Origin: an uncultured Solirubrobacterales bacterium
GTDB taxonomy: Bacteria; Actinomycetota; Thermoleophilia; Solirubrobacterales; Solirubrobacteraceae
NCBI GenBank assembly: GCA_963726465.1
Contig: CAVSCQ010000021.1
Span: 46,599-110,598, forward strand
Reading direction: 5' to 3'
Length of the DNA: 64,000 nucleotides
How positions within the stretch are numbered: position 1 is the stretch's first letter; every line of letters begins with the position of its first letter. Position numbers and translations under genes: made by a program. Under the pieces are notes generated by a model. That model saw only the letters and a program-made list of their open reading frames with translations. It did not search any database and was not told the origin of the DNA. Positions 19,567 through 30,113 of the stretch are shown piece by piece.

Positions 19567-20250
19567 GTGGCGCTCGCTGTGGGGAGGAGAAAGTTGCATG
19601 CGATCTGGGCGCTCGCTGTGTGCGGCGTGCTGGTGTGTGCGCTCTTGAGCGGATGCGGCGGCTCTGAACGCAATGTGCACGAACCCAAGGGCATCTACAC
19701 GGTCGAAGTGGTCGGCGTCCACTTCCCGGTCAAGCAGGCGGTCGCGCACAACACCTATCTCGGGATGATCGTGCGCAACGCCGGCGTCAAGACGATCCCC
19801 AACGTGGCGATAACGCTCGACTCCTTCTACTACACGAGCGACTATCCCAAACTGTCCTCCAGGAAGCGCCCGGTGTGGATCGTCAACACAGGTCCGGGCG
19901 CGACGGCCACGAACCCGCCGGTCCAGACCCAGGAAGTCAATCCCCCAGGGGGCGGGGAAACAGCGTTCGTGAACACGTGGGCCTTGGGCGCTTTGGGCCC
20001 CGGTCAGCACCGTCTGTTCTTGTGGCACGTGACACCGGTCAAGGCGGGCTTGCACGTCGTGCATTACACGATCTCGGCGGCCCTCGATGGCAAGTCGATA
20101 GCACGCCTGCCCGGTGGCCACAGGCCCACGGGGGCACTGGTGGCTCACATCGCTCCCGCTCCCCCACCGACCCACGTGAACCCGGAAACGGGCGAAGTAG
20201 TGCGCGGCCCGATCCCGGCGCCCGCCGCAGCGCAGCCGGCTTCGCCTTAA
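19567..20250 (+). CDS. Putative lipoprotein
   Basis: Signal peptide with lipobox LSGC, beta-rich body. Confidence 0.7.
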   Translation: MALAVGRRKLHAIWALAVCGVLVCALLSGCGGSERNVHEPKGIYTVEVVGVHFPVKQAVAHNTYLGMIVRNAGVKTIPNVAITLDSFYYTSDYPKLSSRKRPVWIVNTGPGATATNPPVQTQEVNPPGGGETAFVNTWALGALGPGQHRLFLWHVTPVKAGLHVVHYTISAALDGKSIARLPGGHRPTGALVAHIAPAPPPTHVNPETGEVVRGPIPAPAAAQPASP

Positions 20251-20265
20251 CCAATCATTGCTGTT

Positions 20266-20337
20266 GACATCGGTGCATGCACCGATGTCCCGACCGGCGC
20301 ATGCGCCGGTCGGCGACACCGCACATGTGCGGTGTCG
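20266..20337. repeat. Three abutting perfect 24-bp palindromes, each centred on CATG
   Basis: GACATCGGTGCATGCACCGATGTC | CCGACCGGCGCATGCGCCGGTCGG | CGACACCGCACATGTGCGGTGTCG. Confidence 0.95.
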
Positions 20338-20471
20338 TTCCCGATTTGGACTGGTGTCGAAAGATAGCCCCCCAGCTTTCGCCAGCTGAGCGACACCCGG
20401 GCGCACTCGGAGGGCTACGATGCGTGGCCGCGCCAATGCTCAGGACACAACAGGAGGAGTCGAGCCCACCC

Positions 20472-22628
20472 ATGCCAAAGAGTCGCCAGCAGAATGTGAC
20501 AGCCGCGCAGTGGAGCGCCAACGGGAGCGCGCTCGGCTCGATGGACCTTACGCTTCCCGGCAACCAGATCTTCGCCTCGAACGTGTTCAGCGTGGAGGTA
20601 CAGCGCCGCCGTCTGCCCAAGCACGTGTTCAAGGCATTGCAGCGCACGCTCGAGCGCGGCGAGGCGCTTGACACGACCCTCGCCGACGCCGTCGCGCAAG
20701 CGATGAAGGAATGGGCGATGGAGAAGGGCGCCACCCACTACACCCACTGGTTCCAGCCCTTGACCGGCTCGACCGCTGAGAAGCATGACTCTTTCTATGG
20801 TCCTGCAGGCGACGGCACCGCGATCGCGGAGTTCTCAGGCAAGGAGCTGATCCAGGGCGAGCCCGACGCGTCGAGCTTCCCCACAGGCGGCATCAGGGCG
20901 ACGTTCGAGGCGCGTGGCTACACCGCCTGGGACCCCACCTCCCCAGCATTCATTCTCGAGAACCCCAACGGGGCGCTGCTGTGCATCCCTACGGCGTTCA
21001 CCTCGTGGACGGGCGAGGCACTGGATAACAAGATCCCGCTGCTGCGCTCGATGGACGCGCTGTCCGGTGCGGCAGTTGGGGCACTGGACCTGCTCGGTGC
21101 CGACGGCGCCGGCCGCGTGTTCACGACTATCGGCTGCGAGCAGGAGTACTTCCTGATCGACGAGCAGTACTACTTCGAGCGCCCCGACCTGCTCACGACC
21201 GGACGCACACTGTTCGGCGCGAAGCCACCGAAGGGCCACGAGCTCGACGACCACTACTTCGGCTCGATCCCCGAGCGCATCCTCGCGTACATGCTCGAGT
21301 GCGAGGTGGAGCTGGCGAAGCTCGGCGTGCCAATCAAGACGCGCCACAACGAGGTCGCGCCGAATCAGTTCGAGGTGGCGCCGATCTTCGAGAACTCGAA
21401 CGTGGGCGCCGACCATCAGATGCTGACGATGCAGATCCTGCAGAACACGGCGCGTCGCTACGGCCTCGTCTGTCTCCTGCACGAGAAGCCGTTCGCGGGA
21501 GTGAATGGATCGGGCAAGCACAACAACTGGTCGATGGGCACCGACACGGGCTTGAACCTGCTCGAGCCGGGCGACACGCCCGAGGCGAATCTCAAGTTCC
21601 TGTTCTTCTGCGCCGCCGTGATCCAGGCGGTGAACAAGCATCAGGCACTGCTGCGCGCGTCGATCGCCAACGCCGGCCAGGATCACAGGCTCGGCGCCAA
21701 CGAGGCGCCGCCGGCGATCATCTCGATCTTCCTGGGCGCCGATCTCGAGAAGGTGTTCACGGCGATCGAGGCGGGCAAAGTGCAGCCGTCCAAGCCGGGC
21801 TCGTTCCTGGGTCTCGGAACGCCGGTTCTGCCGCCACTCCCGCTGCACGGCGGGGATCGCAACCGCACCAGCCCGTTCGCGTTCACCGGCAACAAGTTCG
21901 AGTTCCGCGCGCTCGGCTCGAGCCAGTCGCCGGCGCTGCCGAACACGGTGCTGAACACGATCGTGGCGGAGTCGATCGACGACTTGACCGCCAAGCTCAA
22001 GACGGCGCTCAAAGCATCCGGGACGACGCTCGAGAAGGCTGTGACGAAGGTCGTGAAGGAGGCGTGGTCGGAGAACAAGCAAGTGGTGTTCGACGGCGAC
22101 GGGTACTCCGAGGAGTGGCACAAGGAGGCCGAGAAGCGCGGCCTTGCGAACCTGCGCACCACCCCAGACGCGCTGCCGTGGCTCGTGGACAAGCAGACCG
22201 TGGCGGCGTTCAAGAAGTACAAGGTGCTCTCCAAGCGCGAGCTCGAGTCGCGTCTTGAGGTGTTCACCGAGCAGTACGCGGTGAAGCTCAACATCGAGTC
22301 CGAGACCGCCGCGCAAATCGCGCGCACGATGTTGCTGCCCGCCGCGGTGAGGTATCTCAACGAGCTGAAAGCCACGGGCCTCGATGAGCTCGTCGAGGAG
22401 GTGGAGCCGCTCGTGAAGGAGTTCCAGTTCGCGATCGTCAAGCTGGAGGACGCCAACCTGAGCGACAACCAGCCCGACAGCTCGGCGATGAAGTGGGCGA
22501 CCTATATGCGCGACACGGTGATCCCCGCGATGGAAGATGTGCGCCAGGTGGCCGACCGCCTCGAGAAGCTTGTTGCCGACGATCTTTGGCCCTTGCCCAA
22601 GTACTCGGAGATGCTGTTCATCAAGTAG
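20472..22628 (+). CDS. glnA: Glutamine synthetase type III
   Basis: [58 protein letters not shown]. Confidence 0.95.
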   Translation: MPKSRQQNVTAAQWSANGSALGSMDLTLPGNQIFASNVFSVEVQRRRLPKHVFKALQRTLERGEALDTTLADAVAQAMKEWAMEKGATHYTHWFQPLTGSTAEKHDSFYGPAGDGTAIAEFSGKELIQGEPDASSFPTGGIRATFEARGYTAWDPTSPAFILENPNGALLCIPTAFTSWTGEALDNKIPLLRSMDALSGAAVGALDLLGADGAGRVFTTIGCEQEYFLIDEQYYFERPDLLTTGRTLFGAKPPKGHELDDHYFGSIPERILAYMLECEVELAKLGVPIKTRHNEVAPNQFEVAPIFENSNVGADHQMLTMQILQNTARRYGLVCLLHEKPFAGVNGSGKHNNWSMGTDTGLNLLEPGDTPEANLKFLFFCAAVIQAVNKHQALLRASIANAGQDHRLGANEAPPAIISIFLGADLEKVFTAIEAGKVQPSKPGSFLGLGTPVLPPLPLHGGDRNRTSPFAFTGNKFEFRALGSSQSPALPNTVLNTIVAESIDDLTAKLKTALKASGTTLEKAVTKVVKEAWSENKQVVFDGDGYSEEWHKEAEKRGLANLRTTPDALPWLVDKQTVAAFKKYKVLSKRELESRLEVFTEQYAVKLNIESETAAQIARTMLLPAAVRYLNELKATGLDELVEEVEPLVKEFQFAIVKLEDANLSDNQPDSSAMKWATYMRDTVIPAMEDVRQVADRLEKLVADDLWPLPKYSEMLFIK

Positions 22629-22629
22629 C

Positions 22630-22732
22630 CCTGAGGCCCGGATGGCGGCGCCTGGCGGCGTCCTCCCTCCCTTGTGTGCAGAGCACACTGCGGTCGGTGC
22701 GTCCTTGCCAGGCTTGCCGTCCGAACCTCAGG
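22630..22732 (+). repeat. Structured dispersed repeat (REP-like), copy 2
   Basis: Same core as copy 1 with a different but paired outer stem CCTGAGG/CCTCAGG. Confidence 0.85.
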
Positions 22733-22742
22733 ACAGCCCGTT

Positions 22743-22776
22743 GAGCAACCCTGACATAGTCGTGTCAGGGTTGCTC
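22743..22776. terminator. 14-bp perfect hairpin (terminator or operator)
   Basis: GAGCAACCCTGACA-TAGTCG-TGTCAGGGTTGCTC; no clear U-tract. Confidence 0.5.
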
Positions 22777-22799
22777 GTTCGCTGCTAGCATCCGTGCCG

Positions 22800-25700
22800 A
22801 TGGCACGTGACTACCGTCAAGCCTTGCGCGAAAAAGTGGTCGTCTACGACGGCGGCATGGGCGCGACCTTGGAGCAGTTCGATCTGACCGCCGAGGACTA
22901 CGGCGGCCTGCAAGGCAAGTGCCACGAGGCACTCGTGCTCAATCGCCCGGACGTGATCGAAGGGGTGCACACCTCGATGCTGGAGGCGGGCGCGGAGGTG
23001 CTCGAGACCGACACCTTCCAGGCCTCGCGCCTGAAGCTCGACGAGTGGGGCCTGGCCGACTACACGGTCGAGGTCAACACCAAGGCCGCCGAAATCGCGC
23101 GCAAAGCCGCCGGCGAGCACCGCTTCGTGGCTGGCTCGATCGGCCCGACCGGCTTCCTGCCCGCCTCTGAAGATCCTACGCTCGGGCAGATCTCCTTCAG
23201 AGAGCTGGTCGAGGTCTTCGCCGAGCAGGCCGCGGGCCTGGTCGACGGTGGCGCCGACTTGATCATCATCGAGACCGCCCAGGACATCCTCGAGGTCAAG
23301 GCCGCCATCTTCGGTGCGCGCGAGGCCTTCAAGAGCACCGGCAAGACCTTGCCGATCCACACGTCGGTTTCTCTGCTGCCCAACGGCGGCAAGATGCTGC
23401 TCGGCACCGACATATCCGCCGTGTTGTGCACCTTGGAGGCATTGAAGGTCGACGTGATCGGCCTCAACTGCTCGACCGGCCCGCAGGACATGAGGGACGC
23501 GATCCGCTTTCTCGGCGAGTTCTGTCCCGTCCCGGTGGCGTGCATCCCCAACGCGGGTCTACCTTTGCAAGGCCCCGACGGCGAGACGATCTTCCCTGAG
23601 AAGCCCGAGCCGCTCGCAGAGGCGCTCGGGGAGTTCGTTGAGCGCTACGGCGTGGGCGTGGTTGGTGGCTGCTGCGGCACCACCCCGGACCACATCAAAG
23701 CGATCGCCGAGCGTGTGGCCGGCAGGTCCGTGACGCCCCGTCCCGCACCGCGCGCACCACATTTGTCCTCGATGATCGCCGCCACCACGCTCGTGCAGGA
23801 GCCGCGCCCGACAATGGTGGGCGAGCGCGTGAATAGTCAAGGCTCGCGCAAGGCCAAGGAGTTGCTTCTGGCCGATGACTACGACGGTCTCGTGCAGATC
23901 GCCGAGGACCAGGTCGCCGGCGGCGCGCACGTGCTCGACCTGTGTGTGGCCTTGACCGAGCGCTCGGACGAGGACGAGCAGATGAGGCAACTGGCCAAGC
24001 GCATCTCCCTCACCCAGGAGCCCCCGATCCAAATCGACTCGACCGAGCCCGAGGTGATCGAACGGACCTTGGAGCAGATCCCGGGCCGGGCGATCGTCAA
24101 CTCCGTCAACTTGGAGGCCGGTCGGGACAAGCTCGACCGCGTGGTGCCGACCGCGCTCGCACACGGGGCCGCATTGATCGCGCTCACGATCGACGAGGTG
24201 GGCATGGCCAAGACCGCCCAGCGCAAGGTCGAGATCGCCCAGCGCATCAAGGAACTGTGCTGCGACGAGCACGGTCTCGACCCGAAGGTCCTTATCTTCG
24301 ACTGCCTCACGTTCACGCTTACGACCGGCGACGAGGAGTGGCGTCCGTCGGCGGTGGAGACGATCGAGGGGATCAGGCGGATCAAGGCCGAGATCCCCGA
24401 CGTGAAGACTTCGCTCGGTGTGTCCAACGTGTCCTTCGGCGTGTCCCCGGGAGCGCGTGCGGTGCTCAACTCGGTCTTCCTGCACCACTGCGTAGATGCC
24501 GGCCTCGATCTGGCGATGGTCAACCCCAACCACATCACGCCCTACTCGGAGATCTCAGACGAGGAGCGCGGACTGGCTGACGACCTCGTGTTCAACCGCC
24601 GCGAGGATGCGCTCGAGCAGTTCATCGCCCACTTCGAGTCAAAGGGCGAGCAGGAGGCTCAGACGAGCGCCAATCCCACTGAGGGGATGGAGCCCGAGGA
24701 GGCCCTTCACTTCCACATCCTGCGCCGCCGCAAGGATGGCGTGGAGGATTGGATCGATGCATCCGTCGAGAAGATCGGCGCCGTGCCGACGCTCAACGAA
24801 GTGCTGTTGCCGGCGATGAAGGAGGTCGGCGACAAGTTCGGCGCCGGAGAACTGATCCTCCCGTTCGTGTTGCAGTCCGCCGAGGTGATGAAGAAGGCGG
24901 TCGCGCGCCTGGAGAACTACCTCGACAAGATCGAGGGCTACACGAAGGGGACCGTGGTGCTCGCGACCGTATTCGGCGACGTGCATGACATCGGCAAGTC
25001 GCTCGTCAACACGATCCTCACCAACAACGGCTACACGGTCGTGGACCTGGGCAAGCAGGTCCCGATCCAAACGATCCTCGACGCCGCCCAGGAGCACGAA
25101 GCGACAGCGATCGGCTTGAGCGCCTTGCTCGTGTCCACCTCCAAGCAGATGCCGGCCTGCATCCAGGAGCTGCACTCCAAGGGGATGCAGTACCCGGTGT
25201 TGATCGGCGGGGCCGCCATCAACAGGGCCTTCTCCTACCGTGCCTTGTATCCCGGCGGCAAGGAATCCGACGAGCAGTACGGGCCGGGCGTGTTCTACTG
25301 CAAGGACGCCTTCGAGGGCTTGTCGGTGATGGACCAGCTGATCGACTCCGAAGCCCACGAAGCGCTTTTGGAGAAGCTGCGATCCGGCGCCACAGAGTTC
25401 CGCGCCAAGGGAGAGGCGCCCGAGGAGGTACTCAACTTCGCCGATGACTCCGTGCGCTCCGACGTGAGCACCGACCAGCCGGTTCCAACGCCTCCTTGGT
25501 GGGGTGTGCAAGAGGTGCCGGTGGACATGGAAGAGGTCTACTCCCACCTGGACACCCATGTCTTGTTCAAGTTGCACTGGGGCGGCAAGGGCGTCAAGGG
25601 TGAGGCATGGCGCGAGCTCGTCGACGAGAACTTCAGGCCACGCCTGGAGCGCATGTGGGCAGAGCAGGACTACCTGCACCCGAGAGCCTTGCTCGGCTTC

Positions 25701-26435
25701 TTCCCCTGCTACGCCCAAGGCAACGACATCGTGGTGCTCGATCCCCGCGTAGCCAACGGCGAGCTCGACCCGGCCGATCCCGCGAGCGAGCTGACCCGCT
25801 TCGTGTGTCCGCGTCAGCCGAAGGGCGATCGCATCTGCCTCGCCGACTTCTTCAGACCTGCCGTAGACGCCGATGGCACACCTTCAGTGCAGGGCAGCCC
25901 GCCCGCCGAGCTCGACGTGATCGCCGTGCAAGCGGTGACCGTTGGCTCGGAGGTGACCGAGCTGATGGCCAAGCTGGAGACCGACGGCGAGTTTGCCGAG
26001 CAGCTATTCGTGCACGGCCTCGGTGTGCAGACCGCCGAGGGTTTGGCGGAGTGGCTGCACTGGAAGGCGCGCGAGATGCTCTCGATCCCATCGACCCAAG
26101 GCCGGCGCTACTCGTGGGGCTATCCCGCCGTGCCGGAGCAGTCGGAGCACCTGAAGGTGGAGAAGCTACTCGCGTTGGAGCAGATTGGGATGACCATCAG
26201 CGATGGCTACGCCCCGATCCCTGAGCAGTCAACGCTCGCTTTGGTCGCCCACCACCCCCAGGCGATCTACTTCGGCACGCGCCAGGGCCGGCTGCTGCCG
26301 GACGGCTCGCCAGATGACGTGATCAAGGGTTCCTACCGCGATCCGTCTCTGTTCGGTGAGCTCGACGACGTGGATCCGCCCGACGGCGCGGTCGAGGCCG
26401 AGGATCAGCCGGCGAGGGCTGGCAGCAGCGCCTGA
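22800..26435 (+). CDS. metH: B12-dependent methionine synthase
   Basis: DGGMG, GLNC, GGCCGT, pterin domain, DVHDIGK, RYSWGYPA. Confidence 0.96.
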   Translation: MARDYRQALREKVVVYDGGMGATLEQFDLTAEDYGGLQGKCHEALVLNRPDVIEGVHTSMLEAGAEVLETDTFQASRLKLDEWGLADYTVEVNTKAAEIARKAAGEHRFVAGSIGPTGFLPASEDPTLGQISFRELVEVFAEQAAGLVDGGADLIIIETAQDILEVKAAIFGAREAFKSTGKTLPIHTSVSLLPNGGKMLLGTDISAVLCTLEALKVDVIGLNCSTGPQDMRDAIRFLGEFCPVPVACIPNAGLPLQGPDGETIFPEKPEPLAEALGEFVERYGVGVVGGCCGTTPDHIKAIAERVAGRSVTPRPAPRAPHLSSMIAATTLVQEPRPTMVGERVNSQGSRKAKELLLADDYDGLVQIAEDQVAGGAHVLDLCVALTERSDEDEQMRQLAKRISLTQEPPIQIDSTEPEVIERTLEQIPGRAIVNSVNLEAGRDKLDRVVPTALAHGAALIALTIDEVGMAKTAQRKVEIAQRIKELCCDEHGLDPKVLIFDCLTFTLTTGDEEWRPSAVETIEGIRRIKAEIPDVKTSLGVSNVSFGVSPGARAVLNSVFLHHCVDAGLDLAMVNPNHITPYSEISDEERGLADDLVFNRREDALEQFIAHFESKGEQEAQTSANPTEGMEPEEALHFHILRRRKDGVEDWIDASVEKIGAVPTLNEVLLPAMKEVGDKFGAGELILPFVLQSAEVMKKAVARLENYLDKIEGYTKGTVVLATVFGDVHDIGKSLVNTILTNNGYTVVDLGKQVPIQTILDAAQEHEATAIGLSALLVSTSKQMPACIQELHSKGMQYPVLIGGAAINRAFSYRALYPGGKESDEQYGPGVFYCKDAFEGLSVMDQLIDSEAHEALLEKLRSGATEFRAKGEAPEEVLNFADDSVRSDVSTDQPVPTPPWWGVQEVPVDMEEVYSHLDTHVLFKLHWGGKGVKGEAWRELVDENFRPRLERMWAEQDYLHPRALLGFFPCYAQGNDIVVLDPRVANGELDPADPASELTRFVCPRQPKGDRICLADFFRPAVDADGTPSVQGSPPAELDVIAVQAVTVGSEVTELMAKLETDGEFAEQLFVHGLGVQTAEGLAEWLHWKAREMLSIPSTQGRRYSWGYPAVPEQSEHLKVEKLLALEQIGMTISDGYAPIPEQSTLALVAHHPQAIYFGTRQGRLLPDGSPDDVIKGSYRDPSLFGELDDVDPPDGAVEAEDQPARAGSSA

Positions 26436-26671
26436 TCTACCAAGGCCAACTTCTGGGCTCGCGAAAGGCGCTTGATGCGCATCTCCTCCCGCATGGCCGA
26501 CCCGCGATCCGCCATCGCCCAAGCGGCAGCGAGCTCGATCGGCAACCTACTTGCCGTGTAGCGACTCGCCTTGCCCGCCGAATGCTTCGCGACGCGCCGC
26601 TCGAGGTCGTTGGTCCAGCCGGTGTAGAGCGACCCGTCGCGGCAGCGCAGCATGTAGACCCAGGCATCCAT
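26405..26671 (-). CDS. GIY-YIG nuclease (UPF0213)
   Basis: VYMLRCRDGSLYTGWTNDLERR. Confidence 0.9.
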   Translation of the reverse strand: MDAWVYMLRCRDGSLYTGWTNDLERRVAKHSAGKASRYTASRLPIELAAAWAMADRGSAMREEMRIKRLSRAQKLALVDQALLPALAG

Positions 26672-26710
26672 CGCTTTCGATTCTGTGTGGGGTGTGACTG
26701 TCCTGCGTGA

Positions 26711-29107
26711 TCAGGACTGCACGCGCGAGGGCGCCCGCCGCGCAGCCCCCGGCAGCGGCGGCAGCTTGACCGGCGAGGCGTGCATCGTGCGCAGGCGCAC
26801 GTCTTTCCAGGACAGGCCCTCCCCGACAAGGGCGGGCATGCCCATGATGACCGCGGTGGCGACCTCGACGGCCTGCAGCACGATCCCGTAGGCGAGGGCG
26901 TCGGCCGTGGGCACGTGGTAGGCGCCGGCCAGGACCGCGACGCAGGCCGCTTGGAAGACGCCAACATTGGCGGGCGTGGCGGGGATGACCGCGGTGACAT
27001 TGACTGCGAACAGGACCGCCGCGGCGGCACCGACACCGACCTTGTTGTCGAGTCCCAAGGCCATCAACAGGAGCCAGCAGGACATCCACTGAAGGCCCCA
27101 GGCCGACAACTGCAGGAAGGTCGCGACGGCGGCTTGGCGCGGGTTGCGAAAAACGCGCAAACCGGCGCGCACCCGCACCAGCGCGGCGCGCACATTGGCG
27201 AGCAAACGCGCGAGTCGGCGCGAGCGCGAGACGGCGGCGGCCGGCACCAGCACGGGCGCGACCAGCAGAGCCAGGAGCACACCTACGGGCGCCAGGGCGA
27301 CGGCCAAGAGCGCGTTTGTGTGGTTCCCGGCGAACCTCACACTCGAGAGGGTCACGCCGCCCAGGATCGCCAGCGCGAGCAGATTGAGCAGGGTCTGGGA
27401 GACCATCGTGCCGAGCACTACCGGCAGGGTTTCGCGCGCGCGGCCGACACGACGGGCCACGATCAGGGCACGCGAAGGCTCCCCCAGGCGGGCGGGCAGG
27501 GTGGCGGACATGAGCACGCCGATGAACGTGCCTTGGAGGGCATCGCGGCGACGCGCCACCCGCCAGGTCGGCGCGGCCTTGAGGATGGCGTGCCAGGCGA
27601 TGCCGCGCACGAACATCGAGGCGCACATCACCCCCACTCCGGCGGCCACCAGGCCGGGGCTCGAGGCGACGAGGCTCGCGGCCACATTGGTGAGGCCGAT
27701 CTTTTGCAGGGCCAGGTAGGCAAGCGCGATCCCCACAAGCGAGCTGGCGAGCAAGGCCAGGCGCGAGAGTGCGCGTAGCGCGTGCCGCTCGCCTGGCAAG
27801 TCGGGCTCCAAGCTGGGCAGGCGCCGCGCTGGCTCGCGCGGGAGCAGGTCGGCCGGCGCGAAGCCGTGGCGCACGGCGAAGCGGGCCGTGCGCGTGGCGG
27901 GGCGGCCCACCGCGATCGCCTGCTCGTAAACATCGAGGACCTCCTCGGCGACATGAGTCCAGGAGAAGCGCTCGGCGCGCTCGCGCGCGGCCGTGGCCAT
28001 CGCGCAGCGACGGGGCGGGTCGAGCGCCAGCGCCCGCAGGGCCTCGGCCAAGGCAAGCGCATCGCCAGGCGGCACGAGCAGGCTGTCGATCCCCTCGCGC
28101 GCGACGTCGCGATAGCCGGGGATGTCGGACGCGATGACGGGCGTGGAGGCGGCAAACGCCTCGGTGAGCACCATCCCGAAGCTCTCGCCGGAGAGCGAGG
28201 GCGCGCACAGCACCTCGGCGCGGCGCAGCTCGTGCTGCTTGCGCTCCTCGGAGACCTTTCCGAGCGCGCACACGCCGCGGTCGTCGAGCAGCATCGGCGC
28301 TATCTCCGCGGCGGACGCGCCGACAAGCGTGAGGGTGGCGGGCACCTGCTCGCGAAGGGCCTCGAACGCGCGCAGGAGCACCGGCAGGCCCTTGCGCTCG
28401 ACGGCTTGGCCGATGAACAGGATTTGGAGAGAGGATCCGTGTTCGTGCGGGTCGGCGAAGACGGGCGTGTCGCCAACCCCGACTGGACTCGATCCCGCCG
28501 CCAACAGATTTGTTTGGTCCTCATCGGTCGCGGAGTCAAGCAAGACCCCGTTGGGCACGATGCGGTAGCGGCCGCCGTAGAAGCGACGGGCGGTCCAGGC
28601 GGCGGCCTCGGACACGGCGATGCGCGCGTGCAGGCGGTTCATGCGCCGCCGCCCGTCGAACACGAGCGCACCGAGGCCGTTGGAGATCTGGTTGGTGGAG
28701 TAGGTGTGGAAGGTCCCTACCAATGGCAAGTCGCCGCTTGACATGAGCGCGTCCCAGCCGATCATGGGGACGATCGGCTCGTGGATGTGGGCTACGTCGT
28801 AGCCGCCGTCGCGCAGCTCGCGGCGCAGCGCGAGGATCGCGGTGGGCAGGCCGGTGAGGTTGGACACCGCGCCGTTGGCAGGCACTCCGAATGTGCGGCC
28901 CAGCGAGACGAAGTTCTCGGGCGGATCGAGCCGCTGCGGGCGGGCTCCGCGGTGGACGCGCCGCGAGAAGGCGTCGTCGGGGTCGTACGGGGCGAGGATG
29001 CTGGTTTCGTGGCCTTGAGCGATCAGCTCGGCCGAAAGCGCCTCGATGTGACGCGTGACGCCGCCGGGATAGGTCCATGAGTACGGCGAAACGAGGGCAA
29101 TCCGCAC
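26711..29107 (-). CDS. PimA-like GT4 glycosyltransferase fused to LPG-synthase-TM/flippase-like domain
   Basis: MRIALVSPYSWTYPGGV, RKG, ESFGMVLTEA; C-half multi-TM with LPARLGE and PATPANVG. Confidence 0.85.
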   Translation of the reverse strand: MRIALVSPYSWTYPGGVTRHIEALSAELIAQGHETSILAPYDPDDAFSRRVHRGARPQRLDPPENFVSLGRTFGVPANGAVSNLTGLPTAILALRRELRDGGYDVAHIHEPIVPMIGWDALMSSGDLPLVGTFHTYSTNQISNGLGALVFDGRRRMNRLHARIAVSEAAAWTARRFYGGRYRIVPNGVLLDSATDEDQTNLLAAGSSPVGVGDTPVFADPHEHGSSLQILFIGQAVERKGLPVLLRAFEALREQVPATLTLVGASAAEIAPMLLDDRGVCALGKVSEERKQHELRRAEVLCAPSLSGESFGMVLTEAFAASTPVIASDIPGYRDVAREGIDSLLVPPGDALALAEALRALALDPPRRCAMATAARERAERFSWTHVAEEVLDVYEQAIAVGRPATRTARFAVRHGFAPADLLPREPARRLPSLEPDLPGERHALRALSRLALLASSLVGIALAYLALQKIGLTNVAASLVASSPGLVAAGVGVMCASMFVRGIAWHAILKAAPTWRVARRRDALQGTFIGVLMSATLPARLGEPSRALIVARRVGRARETLPVVLGTMVSQTLLNLLALAILGGVTLSSVRFAGNHTNALLAVALAPVGVLLALLVAPVLVPAAAVSRSRRLARLLANVRAALVRVRAGLRVFRNPRQAAVATFLQLSAWGLQWMSCWLLLMALGLDNKVGVGAAAAVLFAVNVTAVIPATPANVGVFQAACVAVLAGAYHVPTADALAYGIVLQAVEVATAVIMGMPALVGEGLSWKDVRLRTMHASPVKLPPLPGAARRAPSRVQS

Positions 29108-29109
29108 AC

Positions 29110-30099
29110 TCAGACTGTAACCGCTCGCAGGACGTCTTGTCCGCGTGCGGTCAGCTGCCAGGCGTTTGGTTCGCCACGCGCCTGTCCAGCGCCGTGGTTC
29201 TCGATCAGGCCCGCGCTTTGCAAGCGGTGCAGGAGCTTTGACATCTGGCCCTGGTCACCAACGCCCGCGGCGTGGCCGATCTCTTTGTTACTGGCCTCTG
29301 GCCGGGCGCCGATGCTGGTGAGCACGCGGGCAGTACGGAAGGTGATGCGGATCGGCAGGTCCCTGAAAGGGTCGCTCGCGCGCGCGCGAGCGTGGCTGTT
29401 GGAGGAGGCGACGACTTTCGGGGTTGGCGCCGGCTGTTCGAGCTCACGGCGTGAGGCGGCCACTCCCAGGTAGGGCAGCACAATCATGCTCATCAGGGGG
29501 TTGACGAGCTCGATCAGCGGACGCGACTCTCGCTCGAGCAAACGCGCGTGAACGATCGAGATCGCACCGCCAACCGTGCTCTCGGCTGTGAGCGGCGGCG
29601 GATCGGCGCCCTTGCCCTCACCGCGACCCTCGTCGACGGCGCCGGCCACTACGCGCAGAACCGCCTGGCGGCGTTCCAAGACCTCCGGCTTACCCTTGAG
29701 CGTCTCGACCAGACACAGTCGCGCGACGCCTGGATCTTCGTCAAAGCATTCAAGTAGCGCGACGAGCGCCGCGCGAACACTCCCCCGCCAGCTTTGTGCC
29801 CTTTGGGCGCGAGTTGCCCTTTGCGCGTGCGATTCACTCAAATACGCCGGCACGACCTTCTTCGCGAGCCGCTCCAAAGCAAGCTCGAACGCCGCCATGA
29901 AACATGCGTCGCGCTCCTCGAACAAGTCGTAGAACGTGCGCCTGGAAACACCCGCCCGCTTGCAGATGCGTCCAACGGTCGCGCCCTCGAGACCATGCTC
30001 ACCGAGCACTTCGACGAGCGCCGACAGCAGGCGACGCCGTTGCATCTCGCTCACGTGGGCGCCCTGCCTGCCCGTTGCGTCGCCTACCGTGTCAAGCAT
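29110..30099 (-). CDS. TetR/AcrR regulator with additional C-terminal winged HTH
   Basis: AGVSRRTFYDLF; C-terminal SNKEIGHAAGVGDQGQMSKLLHRL...NAWQLT. Confidence 0.85.
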   Translation of the reverse strand: MLDTVGDATGRQGAHVSEMQRRRLLSALVEVLGEHGLEGATVGRICKRAGVSRRTFYDLFEERDACFMAAFELALERLAKKVVPAYLSESHAQRATRAQRAQSWRGSVRAALVALLECFDEDPGVARLCLVETLKGKPEVLERRQAVLRVVAGAVDEGRGEGKGADPPPLTAESTVGGAISIVHARLLERESRPLIELVNPLMSMIVLPYLGVAASRRELEQPAPTPKVVASSNSHARARASDPFRDLPIRITFRTARVLTSIGARPEASNKEIGHAAGVGDQGQMSKLLHRLQSAGLIENHGAGQARGEPNAWQLTARGQDVLRAVTV

Positions 30100-30113
30100 C
30101 GCTCGCTACACCC

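Noticed and set aside
20266-20337. CRISPR array
   Set aside because: No identical repeats, no spacers, no cas genes.
20835-22688. Long antisense and alternate-frame ORFs (also 9836-11344, 58488-60053, 26547-28271)
   Set aside because: Shadow ORFs of high-GC coding sequence overlapping well-supported genes.
22630-22799. SAM or cobalamin riboswitch upstream of metH
   Set aside because: No matching consensus; the space is occupied by the dispersed repeat and a hairpin, and metH appears leaderless.
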